Assembly: GCA_964016885.1 (NCBI GenBank)
Contig: OZ024759.1
Coordinates: 24,056,001 to 24,120,000, forward strand
DNA length: 64,000 bases
Source of the DNA: Eledone cirrhosa
Lineage: Eukaryota
Reading direction: 5' to 3'
Part shown: positions 41,831 through 57,100 of the stretch, in pieces
How the letters are laid out: each line of letters opens with the position of its first letter
Position numbering within the stretch: the stretch's first letter is position 1
Notes under the pieces: generated by a model
The model's input: the letters and a program-made list of their open reading frames with translations, nothing else
Database searches by the model: none
What the model was told of the DNA's origin: nothing
Translations under genes and position numbers: made by a program

Positions 41831-42579
41831 TTTGAGCCCAGTTTACTTCGATATATCTCTATATATCTCTATCTTCCTTTTAACGGAAAACACCATGTTG
41901 TCTGGCTATCTCTCACCCAATCTACCTCATACTCTCTACCTCTTTTTGAGTAATCCCTTGCTTGTCTTTCAAGCAAGTTGGTCTTTACTCCTATGGACGT
42001 ATAAGCCTTTACACTATCTCATAACCATTCCTATATTCGTCTTTGCAAGTCATGTGCATTAACACTTTGAGCCCAGTTTACTTCGATATATCTCTATATA
42101 TCTCTATTTTCCTTTTAACGGAAAACACCATGCTGTCTGGCTATCTCTCTCCCAATCTACCTCATACTCTCTACCTCTTTTTGAGTAATCCCTTGCTTGT
42201 CTTTCAAGCAAGTTGGTCTTTACTCCTATGGACGTATAAACCTTTACACTATCTCACAACCATTCCTATATTCATCTTTCCAAGTCATGTGCTTTAACAT
42301 TTTGAGCCCAGTTTACTTCGATATATCCCTATATATCTCTATTTTCCTTTTAACGGAAAACACCATGCTGTCTGGCTATCTCTCTCCCAATCTACCTCAA
42401 ACTCTCTAGCACTTTTTTAGTAATCCCTTGCTTGTCTTTCAAGCAAGTTGGTCTTTACTCATATGGACGTATAAACCTTTACACTATCTCATAACCATTC
42501 CTATATTCGTCTTTCCAAGTCATGTGCTTTCACACTTTGAGCCCAGTTTACTTCGATATATCTCTATATATATCTATTT

Positions 42580-45480
42580 TCCTTTTAACGGAAAACACCA
42601 TGCTGTCTGGCTATCTCTCTCCCAATCTACCTCATACTCTCTACCTCTTTTTGAGTAATCCGTTGCTTGTCTTTCGAGCAAGTTGGTCTTTACTCCTATG
42701 GACGTATAAACCTTAACACTATCTCATAACCATTCCTATATTCGTCTTTCCAAGTCATGTGCTTTCACACTTTGAGCCCAGTTTACTTCGATATATCTCT
42801 ATATATCTCTATCTTCCTTTTAACGGAAAACACCATGCTGTCTGGCTATCTCTCACCCAATCTACCTCATACTCTCTACCTCTTTTTGAGTAATCCCTTG
42901 CTTGTCTTTCAAGCAAGTTGGTCTTTACTCCTATGGACGTATAAACCTTTACACTATCTCACAACCATTCCTATATTCATCTTTCCAAGTCATGTGCTTT
43001 AACATTTTGAGCCCAGTTTACTTCGATATATCTCTATATATCTCTATCTTCCTTTTAACGGAAAAGACCATGCTGTCTGGCTATCTCTCACCCAATCTAC
43101 CTCATACTCTCTACCTCTTTTTGAGTAATCCCTTGCTTGTCTTTCAAGCAAGTTGGTCTTTACTCCTATGGACGTATAAACCTTTACACTATCTCATAAC
43201 CATTCCTATATTCGTCTTTCCAAGTCATGTGCTTTCACACTTTGAGCCCAGTTTACTTCGATATATCTCTATATATCTCTATTTTCCTTTTAACGGAAAA
43301 CACCATGCTGTCTGGCTATCTCTCTCCCAATCTACCTCATACTCTCTACCTCTTTTTGAGTAATCCCTTGCTTGTCTTTCAAGCAAGTTGGTCTTTACTC
43401 CTTTGGACGTATAAACCTTTACACTATCTCATAACCATTCCTATATTCGTCTTTCCAAGTCATGTGCTTTCACACTTTGAGCCAAGTTTACTTCGATATA
43501 TCTCTATATATCTCTATCTTCCTTCTAACGGAAAACACCATGCTGTCTGGCTATCTCTCTCCCAATCTACCTCATACACTCTACCTCTTTTTGAGTAATC
43601 CCTTGCTTGTCTTTCAAGCAAGTTGGTCTTTACTCCTATGGACGTATAAACCTTTACACTATCTCACAACCATTCCTATATTCATCTTTCCAAGTCATGT
43701 GCTTTAACATTTTGAGCCCAGTTTACTTCGATATATCCCTATATATCTCTATTTTCCTTTTAACGGAAAACACCATGCTGTCTGGCTATCTCTCTCCCAA
43801 TCTACCTCATACTCTCTAGCACTTTTTTTAGTAATCCCTTGCTTGTCTTTCAAGCAAGTTGGTCTTTACTCCTATGGACGTATAAACCTTTACACTATCT
43901 CATAACCATTCCTATATTCGTCTTTCCAAGTCATGTGCTTTCACACTTTGAGCCCAGTTTACTTCGATATATCTCTATATATCTCTATTTTCCTTTTAAC
44001 GGAAAACACCATGCTGTCTGGCTATCTCTCTCCCAATCTACCTCATACTCTCTACCTCTTTTTGAGTAATCCGTTGCTTGTCTTTCGAGCAAGTTGGTCT
44101 TTACTCCTATGGACGTATAAACCTTAACACTATCTCATAACCATTCCTATATTCGTCTTTCCAAGTCATGTGCTTTCACACTTTGAGCCCAGTTTACTTC
44201 GATATATCTCTATATATCTCTATCTTCCTTTTAACGGAAAACACCATGCTGTCTGGCTATCTCTCACCCAATCTACCTCATACTCTCTACCTCTTTTTGA
44301 GTAATCCCTTGCTTGTCTTTCAAGCAAGTTGGTCTTTACTCCTATGGACGTATAAGCCTTTACACTATCTTATAACCATTCCTATATTCGTCTTTGCAAG
44401 TCATGTGCATTAACACTTTGAGCCCAGTTTACTTCGATATATCTCTATATATCTCTATTTTCCTTTTAACGGAAAACACCATGCTGTCTGGCTATCTCTC
44501 TCCCAGTCTACCTCATACTCTCTACCTCTTTTTGAGTAATCCCTTGCTTGTCTTTCAAGCAAGTTGGTCTTTACTCCTATGGACGTATAAACCTTTACAC
44601 TATCTCATAACCATTCCTATATTCGTCTTTCCAAGTCATGTGCTTTCACACTTTGAGCCCAGTTTACTTCGATATATCTCTATATATCTCTATTTTCCTT
44701 TTAACGGAAAACACCATGCTGTCTGGCTATCTCTCTCCCAATCTACCTCATACTCTCTACCTCTTTTTGAGTAATCCCTTGCTTGTCTTTCAAGCAAGTT
44801 GGTCTTTACTCCTTTGGACGTATAAACCTTTACACTATCTCATAACCATTCCTATATTCGTCTTTCCAAGTCATGTGCTTTCACACTTTGAGCCAAGTTT
44901 ACTTCGATATATCTCTATATATCTCTATCTTCCTTTTAACGGAAAACACCATGCTGTCTGGCTATCTCTCTCCCAATCTACCTCATACACTCTACCTCTT
45001 TTTGAGTAATCCCTTGCTTGTCTTTCAAGCAAGTTGGTCTTTACTCCTATGGACGTATAAACCTTTACACTATCTCACAACCATTCCTATATTCATCTTT
45101 CCAAGTCATGTGCTTTAACATTTTGAGCCCAGTTTACTTCGATATATCCCTATATATCTCTATTTTCCTTTTAACGGAAAACACCATGCTGTCTGGCTAT
45201 CTCTCTCCCAATCTACCTCATACTCTCTAGCACTTTTTTTAGTAATCCCTTGCTTGTCTTTCAAGCAAGTTGGTCTTTACTCCTATGGACGTATAAACCT
45301 TTACACTATCTCATAACCATTCCTATATTCGTCTTTCCAAGTCATGTGCTTTCACACTTTGAGCCCAGTTTACTTCGATATATCTCTATATATCTCTATT
45401 TTCCTTTTAACGGAAAACACCATGCTGTCTGGCTATCTCTCTCCCAATCTACCTCATACTCTCTACCTCTTTTTGAGTAA
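42580..45480 (+). repeat. 6-monomer-period mosaic duplication (offset 1411 bp)
   Basis: ORF pairs 42522/43933, 43227/44638, 43462/44873, 43839/45250. Shared CCTTAACAC, CCTTTGGACG and an extra T in GCAC(T)n. The middle of the unit differs between copies. Confidence 0.8.
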
Positions 45481-45499
45481 TCCCTTGCTTGTCTTTCGA

Positions 45500-48400
45500 G
45501 CAAGTTGGTCTTTACTCCTATGGACGTATAAACCTTTACACTATCTCATAACCATTCCTATATTCGTCTTTCCAAGTCATGTGCTTTCACACTTTGAGCC
45601 CAGTTTACTTCGATATATCTCTATATATCTCTATTTTCCTTTTAACGGAAAACACCATGCTGTCTGGCTATCTCTCTCCCAGTCTACCTCATACTCTCTA
45701 CCTCTTTTTGAGTAATCCCTTGCTTGTCTTTCAAGCAAGTTGGTCTTTACTCCTATGGACGTATAAACCTTTACACTATCTCATAACCATTCCTATATTC
45801 GTCTTTCCAAGTCATGTGCTTTCACACTTTGAGCCCAGTTTACTTCGATATATCTCTATATATCTCTATTTTCCTTTTAACGGAAAACACCATGCTGTCT
45901 GGCTATCTCTCTCCCAATCTACCTCATACTCTCTACCTCTTTTTGAGTAATCCCTTGCTTGTCTTTCAAGCAAGTTGGTCTTTACTCCTATGGATGTATA
46001 AACCTTTACACTATCTCATAACCATTCCTATATTCGTCTTTCCAAGTCATGTGCTTTCACACTTTGAGCCAAGTTTACTTCGATATATCTCTATATATCT
46101 CTATCTTCCTTTTAACGGAAAACACCATGCTGTCTGGCTCTCTCCCAATCTACCTCATACACTCTACCTCTTTTTGAGTAATCCCTTGCTTGTCTTTCAA
46201 GCAAGTTGGTCTTTACTCCTATGGACGTATAAACCTTTACACTATCTCACAACCATTCCTATATTCATCTTTCCAAGTCATGTGCTTTAACATTTTGAGC
46301 CCAGTTTACTTCGATATATCCCTATATATCTCTATTTTCCTTTTAACGGAAAACACCATGCTGTCTGGCTATCTCTCTCCCAATCTACCTCATACTCTCT
46401 AGCACTTTTTTAGTAATCCCTTGCTTGTCTTTCAAGCAAGTTGGTCTTTACTCCTATGGACGTATAAATCTTTACACTATCTCATAACCATTCCTATATT
46501 CGTCTTTCCAAGTCATGTGCTTTCACACTTTGAGCCCAGTTTACTTCGATATATCTCTATATATCTCTATTTTCCTTTTAACGGAAAACACCATGCTGTC
46601 TGGCTATCTCTCTCCCAATCTACCTCATACTCTCTACCTCTTTTTGAGTAATCCCTTGCTTGTCTTTCGAGCAAGTTGGTCTTTACTCCTATGGACGTAT
46701 AAACCTTTACACTATCTCATAACCATTCCTATATTCGTCTTTCCAAGTCATGTGCTTTCACACTTTGAGCCCTGTTTACTTCGATATATCTCTATATATC
46801 TCTATCTTCCTTTTAACGGAAAACACCATGCTGTCTGGCTATCTCTCACCCAATCTACCTTATACTCTCTACCTCTTTTTGAGTAATCCCTTGCTTGTCT
46901 TTCAAGCAAGTTGGTCTTTACTCCTATGGACGTATAAGCCTTTACACTATCTCATAACCATTCCTATATTCGTCTTTGCAAGTCATGTGCATTAACATTT
47001 TGAGCCCAGTTTACTTCGATATATCTCTATATATCTCTATTTTCCTTTTAACGGAAAACACCATGCTGTCTGGCTATCTCTCACCCAATCTACCTCATAC
47101 TCTCTACCTCTTTTTGAGTAATCCCTTGCTTGTCTTTCAAGCAAGTTGGTCTTTACTCCTATGGACGTATAAACCTTTACACTATCTCACAACCATTCCT
47201 ATATTCATCTTTCCAAGTCATGTGCTTTAACATTTTGAGCCCAGTTTACTTCGATATATCCCTATATATCTCTATTTTCCTTTTAACGGAAAACACCATG
47301 CTGTCTGGCTATCTCTCTCCCAATCTACCTCAAACTCTCTAGCACTTTTTTAGTAATCCCTTGCTTGTCTTTCAAGCAAGTTGGTCTTTGCTCCTATGGA
47401 CGTATAAACCTTTACACTATCTCATAACCATTCCTATATTCGTCTTTCCAAGTCATGTGCTTTCACACTTTGAGCCCAGTTTACTTCGATTTATCTCTAT
47501 ATATATCTATTTTCCTTTTAACGGAAAACACCATGCTGTCTGGCTATCTCTCTCCCAATCTACCTCATACTCTCTACCTCTTTTTGAGTAATCCGTTGCT
47601 TGTCTTTCGAGCAAGTTGGTCTTTACTCCTATGGACGTATAAACCTTTACACTATCTCATAACCATTCCTATATTCGTCTTTCCAAGTCATGTGCTTTCA
47701 CACTTTGAGCCCAGTTTACTTCGATATATCTCTATATATCTCTATCTTCCTTTTAACGGAAAACACCATGCTGTCTGGCTATCTCTCACCCAATCTACCT
47801 CATACTCTCTACCTCTTTTTGAGTAATCCCTTGCTTGTCTTTCAAGCAAGTTGGTCTTTACTCCTATGGACGTATAAACCTTTACACTATCTCATAACCA
47901 TTCCTATATTCGTCTTTCCAAGTCATGTGCTTTCACACTTTGAGCCCAGTTTACTTCGATATATCTCTATATATCTCTATTTTCCTTTTAACGGAAAACA
48001 CCATGCTGTCTGGCTATCTCTCTCCCAATCTACCTCATACTCTCTACCTCTTTTTGAGTAATCCCTTGCTTGTCTTTCAAGCAAGTTGGTCTTTACTCCT
48101 ATGGACGTATAAACCTTTACACTATCTCACAACCATTCCTATATTCATCTTTCCAAGTCATGTGCTTTAACATTTTGAGCCCAGTTTACTTCGATATATC
48201 TCTATATATCTCTATCTTCCTTTTAACGGAAAACACCATGCTGTCTGGCAATCTCTCTCCCAATCTACCTCAAACTCTTTAGCACTTTTTTAGTAATCCC
48301 TTGCTTGTCTTTCAAGCAAGTTGGTCTTTACTCCTATGGACGTATAAACCTTTACACTATCTCATAACCATTCCTATATTCGTCTTTCCAAGTCATGTGC

Positions 48401-51400
48401 TTTCACACTTTGAGCCCAGTTTACTTCGATATATCTCTATATATATCTATTTTCCTTTTAACGGAAAACACCATGCTGTCTGGCTATCTCTCTCCCAATA
48501 TACCTCATACTCTCTACCTCTTTTTGAGTAATCCGTTGCTTGTCTTTCGAGCAAGTTGGTCTTTACTCCTATGGACGTATAAACCTTTACACTATCTCAT
48601 AACCATTCCTATATTCGTCTTTCCAAGTCATGTGCTTTCACACTTTGAGCCCAGTTTACTTCGATATATCTCTATATATCTCTATCTTCCTTTTAACGGA
48701 AAACACCATGCTGTCTGGCTATCTCTCACCCAATCTACCTCATACTCTCTACCTCTTTTTGAGTAATCCCTTGCTTGTCTTTCAAGCAAGTTGGTCTTTA
48801 CTCCTATGGACGTATAAACCTTTACACTATCTCATAACCATTCCTATATTCGTCTTTCCAAGTCATGTGCTTTCACACTTTGAGCCCAGTTTACTTCGAT
48901 ATATCTCTATATATCTCTATCTTCCTTTTAACGGAAAACACCATGCTGTCTGGTTATCTCTCACCCAATCTACCTCATACTATCTACCTCTTTTTAAGTA
49001 ATCCCTTGCTTGTCTTTCAAGCAAGTTGGTCTTTACTCCTATGGACGTATAAGCTTTTACACTATCTCATAACAATTCCTATATTCGTCTTTGCAAGTCA
49101 TGTGCATTAACACTTTGAGCCCAGTTTACTTCGATATATCTCTATATATCTCTATTTTCCTTTTAACGGAAAACACCATGCTGTCTGGCTATCTCTCACC
49201 CAATCTACCTCATACTCTCTAGCACTTTTTTAGTAATCCCTTGCTTGTCTTTCAAGCAAGTTGGTCTTTACTCCTATGGACGTATAAACCTTTACACTAT
49301 CTCATAACCATTCCTATATTCGTCTTTCCAAGTCATGTGCTTTCACACTTTGAGCCCAGTTTACTTCGATATATCTCTATATATCTCTATTTTCCTTTTA
49401 ACGGAAAACACCATGCTGTCTGGCTATCTCTCTCCCAATCTACCTCATACTCTCTAGCACTTTTTTAGTAATCCCTTGCTTGTCTTTCAAGCAAGTTGGT
49501 CTTTACTCCTATGGACGTATAAACCTTTACACTATCTCATAAGCACTCCTATATTCGTCTTTCCAAGTCATGTGCTTTCACACTTTGAGCCCAGTTTACT
49601 TCGATATATCTCTATATATCTCTATTTTCCTTTTAACGGAAAACACCATGCTGTCTGGCTATCTCTCTCCCAATCTACCTCATACTCTCTACCTCTTTTT
49701 GAGTAATCCCTTGCTTGTCTTTCAAGCAAGTTGGTCTTTACTCCTATGGACGTATAAACCTTTACACTATCTCATAACCATTCCTATATTCGTCTTTCCA
49801 AGTCATGTGCTTTCACACTTTGAGCCCAGTTTACTTCGATATATCTCTATATATCTCTATTTTCCTTTTAACGGAAAACACCATGCTGTCTGGCTATCTC
49901 TCTCCCAGTCTACCTCATACTCTCTACCTCTTTTTGAGTAATCCCTTGCTTGTCTTTCAAGCAAGTTGGTCTTTACTCCTATGGACGTATAAACCTTTAC
50001 ACTATCTCATAACCATTCCTATATTCGTCTTTCCAAGTCATGTGCTTTCACACTTTGAGCCCAGTTTACTTCGATATATCTCTATATATCTCTATTTTCC
50101 TTTTAACGGAAAACACCATGCTGTCTGGCTATCTCTCTCCCAATCTACCTCATACTCTCTACCTCTTTTTGAGTAATCCCTTGCTTGTCTTTCAAGCAAG
50201 TTGGTCTTTACTCCTATGGATGTATAAACCTTTACACTATCTCATAACCATTCCTATATTCGTCTTTCCAAGTCATGTGCTTTCACACTTTGAGCCAAGT
50301 TTACTTCGATATATCTCTATATATCTCTATCTTCCTTTTAACGGAAAACACCATGCTGTCTGGCTCTCTCCCAATCTACCTCATACACTCTACCTCTTTT
50401 TGAGTAATCCCTTGCTTGTCTTTCAAGCAAGTTGGTCTTTACTCCTATGGACGTATAAACCTTTACACTATCTCACAACCATTCCTATATTCATCTTTCC
50501 AAGTCATGTGCTTTAACATTTTGAGCCCAGTTTACTTCGATATATCCCTATATATCTCTATTTTCCTTTTAACGGAAAACACCATGCTGTCTGGCTATCT
50601 CTCTCCCAATCTACCTCATACTCTCTAGCACTTTTTTAGTAATCCCTTGCTTGTCTTTCAAGCAAGTTGGTCTTTACTCCTATGGACGTATAAATCTTTA
50701 CACTATCTCATAACCATTCCTATATTCGTCTTTCCAAGTCATGTGCTTTCACACTTTGAGCCCAGTTTACTTCGATATATCTCTATATATCTCTATTTTC
50801 CTTTTAACGGAAAACACCATGCTGTCTGGCTATCTCTCTCCCAATCTACCTCATACTCTCTACCTCTTTTTGAGTAATCCCTTGCTTGTCTTTCGAGCAA
50901 GTTGGTCTTTACTCCTATGGACGTATAAACCTTTACACTATCTCATAACCATTCCTATATTCGTCTTTCCAAGTCATGTGCTTTCACACTTTGAGCCCTG
51001 TTTACTTCGATATATCTCTATATATCTCTATCTTCCTTTTAACGGAAAACACCATGCTGTCTGGCTATCTCTCACCCAATCTACCTTATACTCTCTACCT
51101 CTTTTTGAGTAATCCCTTGCTTGTCTTTCAAGCAAGTTGGTCTTTACTCCTATGGACGTATAAGCCTTTACACTATCTCATAACCATTCCTATATTCGTC
51201 TTTGCAAGTCATGTGCATTAACATTTTGAGCCCAGTTTACTTCGATATATCTCTATATATCTCTATTTTCCTTTTAACGGAAAACACCATGCTGTCTGGC
51301 TATCTCTCACCCAATCTACCTCATACTCTCTACCTCTTTTTGAGTAATCCCTTGCTTGTCTTTCAAGCAAGTTGGTCTTTACTCCTATGGACGTATAAAC

Positions 51401-54100
51401 CTTTACACTATCTCACAACCATTCCTATATTCATCTTTCCAAGTCATGTGCTTTAACATTTTGAGCCCAGTTTACTTCGATATATCCCTATATATCTCTA
51501 TTTTCCTTTTAACGGAAAACACCATGCTGTCTGGCTATCTCTCTCCCAATCTACCTCAAACTCTCTAGCACTTTTTTAGTAATCCCTTGCTTGTCTTTCA
51601 AGCAAGTTGGTCTTTACTCCTATGGACGTATAAACCTTTACACTATCTCATAACCATTCCTATATTCGTCTTTCCAAGTCATGTGCTTTCACACTTTGAG
51701 CCCAGTTTACTTCGATTTATCTCTATATATATCTATTTTCCTTTTAACGGAAAACACCATGCTGTCTGGCTATCTCTCTCCCAATCTACCTCATACTCTC
51801 TACCTCTTTTTGAGTAATCCGTTGCTTGTCTTTCGAGCAAGTTGGTCTTTACTCCTATGGACGTATAAACCTTTACACTATCTCATAACCATTCCTATAT
51901 TCGTCTTTCCAAGTCATGTGCTTTCACACTTTGAGCCCAGTTTACTTCGATATATCTCTATATATCTCTATCTTCCTTTTAACGGAAAACACCATGCTGT
52001 CTGGCTATCTCTCACCCAATCTACCTCATACTCTCTACCTCTTTTTGAGTAATCCCTTGCTTGTCTTTCAAGCAAGTTGGTCTTTACTCCTATGGACGTA
52101 TAAACCTTTACACTATCTCATAACCATTCCTATATTCGTCTTTCCAAGTCATGTGCTTTCACACTTTGAGCCCAGTTTACTTCGATATATCTCTATATAT
52201 CTCTATTTTCCTTTTAACGGAAAACACCATGCTGTCTGGCTATCTCTCTCCCAATCTACCTCATACTCTCTACCTCTTTTTGAGTAATCCCTTGCTTGTC
52301 TTTCAAGCAAGTTGGTCTTTACTCCTATGGACGTATAAACCTTTACACTATCTCACAACCATTCCTATATTCATCTTTCCAAGTCATGTGCTTTAACATT
52401 TTGAGCCCAGTTTACTTCGATATATCTCTATATATCTCTATCTTCCTTTTAACGGAAAACACCATGCTGTCTGGCAATCTCTCTCCCAATCTACCTCAAA
52501 CTCTTTAGCACTTTTTTAGTAATCCCTTGCTTGTCTTTCAAGCAAGTTGGTCTTTACTCCTATGGACGTATAAACCTTTACACTATCTCATAACCATTCC
52601 TATATTCGTCTTTCCAAGTCATGTGCTTTCACACTTTGAGCCCAGTTTACTTCGATATATCTCTATATATATCTATTTTCCTTTTAACGGAAAACACCAT
52701 GCTGTCTGGCTATCTCTCTCCCAATATACCTCATACTCTCTACCTCTTTTTGAGTAATCCGTTGCTTGTCTTTCGAGCAAGTTGGTCTTTACTCCTATGG
52801 ACGTATAAACCTTTACACTATCTCATAACCATTCCTATATTCGTCTTTCCAAGTCATGTGCTTTCACACTTTGAGCCCAGTTTACTTCGATATATCTCTA
52901 TATATCTCTATCTTCCTTTTAACGGAAAACACCATGCTGTCTGGCTATCTCTCACCCAATCTACCTCATACTCTCTACCTCTTTTTGAGTAATCCCTTGC
53001 TTGTCTTTCAAGCAAGTTGGTCTTTACTCCTATGGACGTATAAACCTTTACACTATCTCATAACCATTCCTATATTCGTCTTTCCAAGTCATGTGCTTTC
53101 ACACTTTGAGCCCAGTTTACTTCGATATATCTCTATATATCTCTATCTTCCTTTTAACGGAAAACACCATGCTGTCTGGTTATCTCTCACCCAATCTACC
53201 TCATACTATCTACCTCTTTTTAAGTAATCCCTTGCTTGTCTTTCAAGCAAGTTGGTCTTTACTCCTATGGACGTATAAGCTTTTACACTATCTCATAACA
53301 ATTCCTATATTCGTCTTTGCAAGTCATGTGCATTAACACTTTGAGCCCAGTTTACTTCGATATATCTCTATATATCTCTATTTTCCTTTTAACGGAAAAC
53401 ACCATGCTGTCTGGCTATCTCTCACCCAATCTACCTCATACTCTCTAGCACTTTTTTAGTAATCCCTTGCTTGTCTTTCAAGCAAGTTGGTCTTTACTCC
53501 TATGGACGTATAAACCTTTACACTATCTCATAACCATTCCTATATTCGTCTTTCCAAGTCATGTGCTTTCACACTTTGAGCCCAGTTTACTTCGATATAT
53601 CTCTATATATCTCTATTTTCCTTTTAACGGAAAACACCATGCTGTCTGGCTATCTCTCTCCCAATCTACCTCATACTCTCTAGCACTTTTTTAGTAATCC
53701 CTTGCTTGTCTTTCAAGCAAGTTGGTCTTTACTCCTATGGACGTATAAACCTTTACACTATCTCATAAGCACTCCTATATTCGTCTTTCCAAGTCATGTG
53801 CTTTCACACTTTGAGCCCAGTTTACTTCGATATATCTCTATATATCTCTATTTTCCTTTTAACGGAAAACACCATGCTGTCTGGCTATCTCTCTCCCAAT
53901 CTACCTCATACTCTCTACCTCTTTTTGAGTAATCCCTTGCTTGTCTTTCAAGCAAGTTGGTCTTTACTCCTATGGACGTATAAACCTTTACACTATCTCA
54001 TAACCATTCCTATATTCGTCTTTCCAAGTCATGTGCTTTCACACTTTGAGCCCAGTTTACTTCGATATATCTCTATATATCTCTATTTTCCTTTTAACGG
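45500..54100 (+). repeat. 18-monomer tandem duplication (period 4226 bp), nearly identical copies
   Basis: All ORFs from 45579/49805 to 49570/53796 pair at +4226. Shared 4-bp deletion (~46139/50365). One difference noticed: TTTGCTCC ~47390 vs TTTACTCC ~51616. Confidence 0.94.
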
Positions 54101-57100
54101 AAAACACCATTGTGTCTGGCTATCTCTCTCCCAATCTACCTCATACTCTCTACCTCTTTTTGAGTAATCCCTTGCTTGTCTTTCAAGCAAGTTGGTCTTT
54201 ACTCCTATGGACGTATAAACCTTTACACTATCTCATAACCATTCCTATATTCGTCTTTCCAAGTCATATGCTTTCACACTTTGAGCCCAGTTTACTTCGA
54301 TATATCTCTATATATCTCTATTTTCCTTTTAACGGAAAACACCATGCTGTCTGGCTATCTCTCTCCCAATCTACCTCATACTCTCTACCTCTTTTTGAGT
54401 AATCCCTTGCTTGTCTTTCAAGCAAGTTGGTCTTTGCTCCTATGGACGTATAAACCTTTACACTATCTCATAACCATTCCTATATTCGTCTTTCCAAAAC
54501 ATGTGCTTTAACACTTTGAGCCCAGTTTACTTCGATATATCCCTATATATCTCTATTTTCCTTTTAACGGAAAACACCATGCTGTCTGGCTCACTCTCTC
54601 CCTTATCTACCTCATGCGATCTACCTCTTTTTGAGTAATCCCTTGCTTGTCTTTCAAGCAAGTTGGTCTTTACTCCTATGGACGTATAAACCGTTACACT
54701 ATCTAATATCCACTCCTATATTCGTCTTTCCAAGTCATGTGCTTTCACACTTTGAGCCCAGTTTACTTCGATATATCTCTATATATCTCTATATATCTCT
54801 ATTTTCCTTTTAACAGAAAACACCATGCTGTCTGGCTATCTCTCTCCCAATCTACCTCATACTCTCTACCTCTTTTTGAGTAACCCTTGCTTGTCTTTCA
54901 AGCAAGTTGGTCTTTACTCCTATGGACGTATAAACCTTTACACTATCTCATAACCATTCCTATATTCGTCTTTCCAAAACATGTGCTTTAACACTTTGAG
55001 CCCAGTTTACTTCGATATATCCCTATATATCTCTATTTTCCTTTTAACGGAAAACACCATGCTGTCTGGCTCTCTCTCTCCCTTATCTACCTCATGCGAT
55101 CTACCTCTTTTTGAGTAATCCCTTGCTTGTCTTTCAAGCAAGTTGGTCTTTACTCCCATGGACGTATAAACCTTTACACTATCTCATAACCATTCCCATA
55201 TTCGTCTTTCCAAGTCATGTGCTTTAACACTTTGAGCCCGGTTTACTTCGATATATCTCTATATATCTCTATTTTCCTTTTAACGGAAAACACCATGCTG
55301 TTTGGCTATCTCTCTCCCAATCTACCTCATACTCTCTACCTCTTTTTGAGTAATCCCTTGCTTGTCTTTCAAGCAAGTTGGTCTTTGCTCCTATGGACGT
55401 ATAAACCTTTACACTATCTCATAACCATTCCTATATTCGTCTTTCCAAAACATGTGCTTTAACACTTTGAGCCCAGTTTACTTCGATATACCCCTATATA
55501 TCTCTATTTTCCTTTTAACGGAAAACACCATGCTGTCTGGCTCACCCTCTCCCTTATCTACCTCATGCGATCTACCTCTTTTTGAGTAATCCCTTGCTTA
55601 TCTTTCAAGCAAGTTGGTCTTTACTCCTATGGACGTATAAACCTTTACACTATCTAATAACCACTCCTATATTCGTCTTTCCAAGTCATGTGCTTTCACA
55701 CTTTGAGCCCAGTTAACTTCGATATATCTCTATATATCTCTATTTTCCTTTTAACGGAAAACACCATGCTGTCTGGCTATCTCTCTCCCAATCTACCTCA
55801 TACTCTCTACCTCTTTTTGAGTAATCCCTTGCTTGTCTTTCAAGCAAGTTGGTCTTTACTCCTATGGACGAATAAACCTTTACACTATCTCATAACCATT
55901 CCTATATTCGTCTTTCCAAGTCATGTGCTTTCACACTTTGAGCCCAGTTTACTTCGATATATCTCTATATATCTCTATCTTCCTTTTAACGGAAAACACC
56001 ATGCTGTCTGGCTATCTCTCTCCCAATCTACCTCATACTGTCTAGCACTTTTTTAGTAATCCCTTGCTTGTCTTTCAAGCAAGTTGGTCTTTACTCCTAT
56101 GGACGTATGAACCTTTACACTATCTCATAAGCACTCCTATATTCGTCTTTCCAAGTCATGTGCTTTCACACTTTGAACCCAGTTTACTTCGATATATCTC
56201 TATATATCTCTATTTTCCTTTTAACGGAAAACACCATGCTGTCTGGCTATCTCTCTCCCAATCTACCTCATACTCTCTACCTCTTTTTGAGTAATCCCTT
56301 GCTTGTCTTTCAAGCAAGTTGGTCTTTGCTCCTATGGACGTATAAACCTTTACACTATCTCATAACCATTCCTATATTCGTCTTTCCAAGTCATGTGCTT
56401 TCACACTTTGAGCCCAGTTTACTTCGATATATCTCTATATATCTCTATATATCTCTATTTTCCTTTTAACGGAAAACACCATGCTGTCTGGCTATCTCTC
56501 TCCCAATCTACCTCATACTCTCTACCTCTTTTTGAGTAACCCTTGCTTGTCTTTGAAGCAAGTTGGTCTTTACTCCTATGGACGTATAAACCTTTACACT
56601 ATCTCATAACCATTCCTATATTCGTCTTTCCAAAACATGTGCTTTAACACTTTGAGCCCAGTTTACTTCGATATATCCCTATATATCTCTATTTTCCTTT
56701 TAACGGAAAACACCATGCTGTCTGGCTCTCTCTCTCCCTTATCTACCTCATGCGATCTACCTCTTTTTGAGTAATCCCTTGCTTGTCTTTCAAGCAAGTT
56801 GGTCTTTACTCCCATGGACGTATAAACCTTTACACTATCTCATAACCATTCCCATATTCGTCTTTCCAATTCATGTGCTTTAACACTTTGAGCCCGGTTT
56901 ACTTCGATATATCTCTATATATCTCTATTTTCCTTTTAACGGAAAACACCATGCTGTTTGGCTATCTCTCTCCCAATCTACCTCATACTCTCTACCTCTT
57001 TTTGAGTAATCCCTTGCTTGTCTTTCAAGCAAGTTGGTCTTTGCTCCTATGGACGTATAAACCTTTACACTATCTAATATACACTCCTATATTCGTCTTT

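Noticed and set aside
54878-54890. Telomere-like words (TAACCC in variant monomers; TAACC and TAAACC in the consensus)
   Set aside because: Isolated single 5-7-mers, never tandem; expected by chance in a C/T/A-rich strand.
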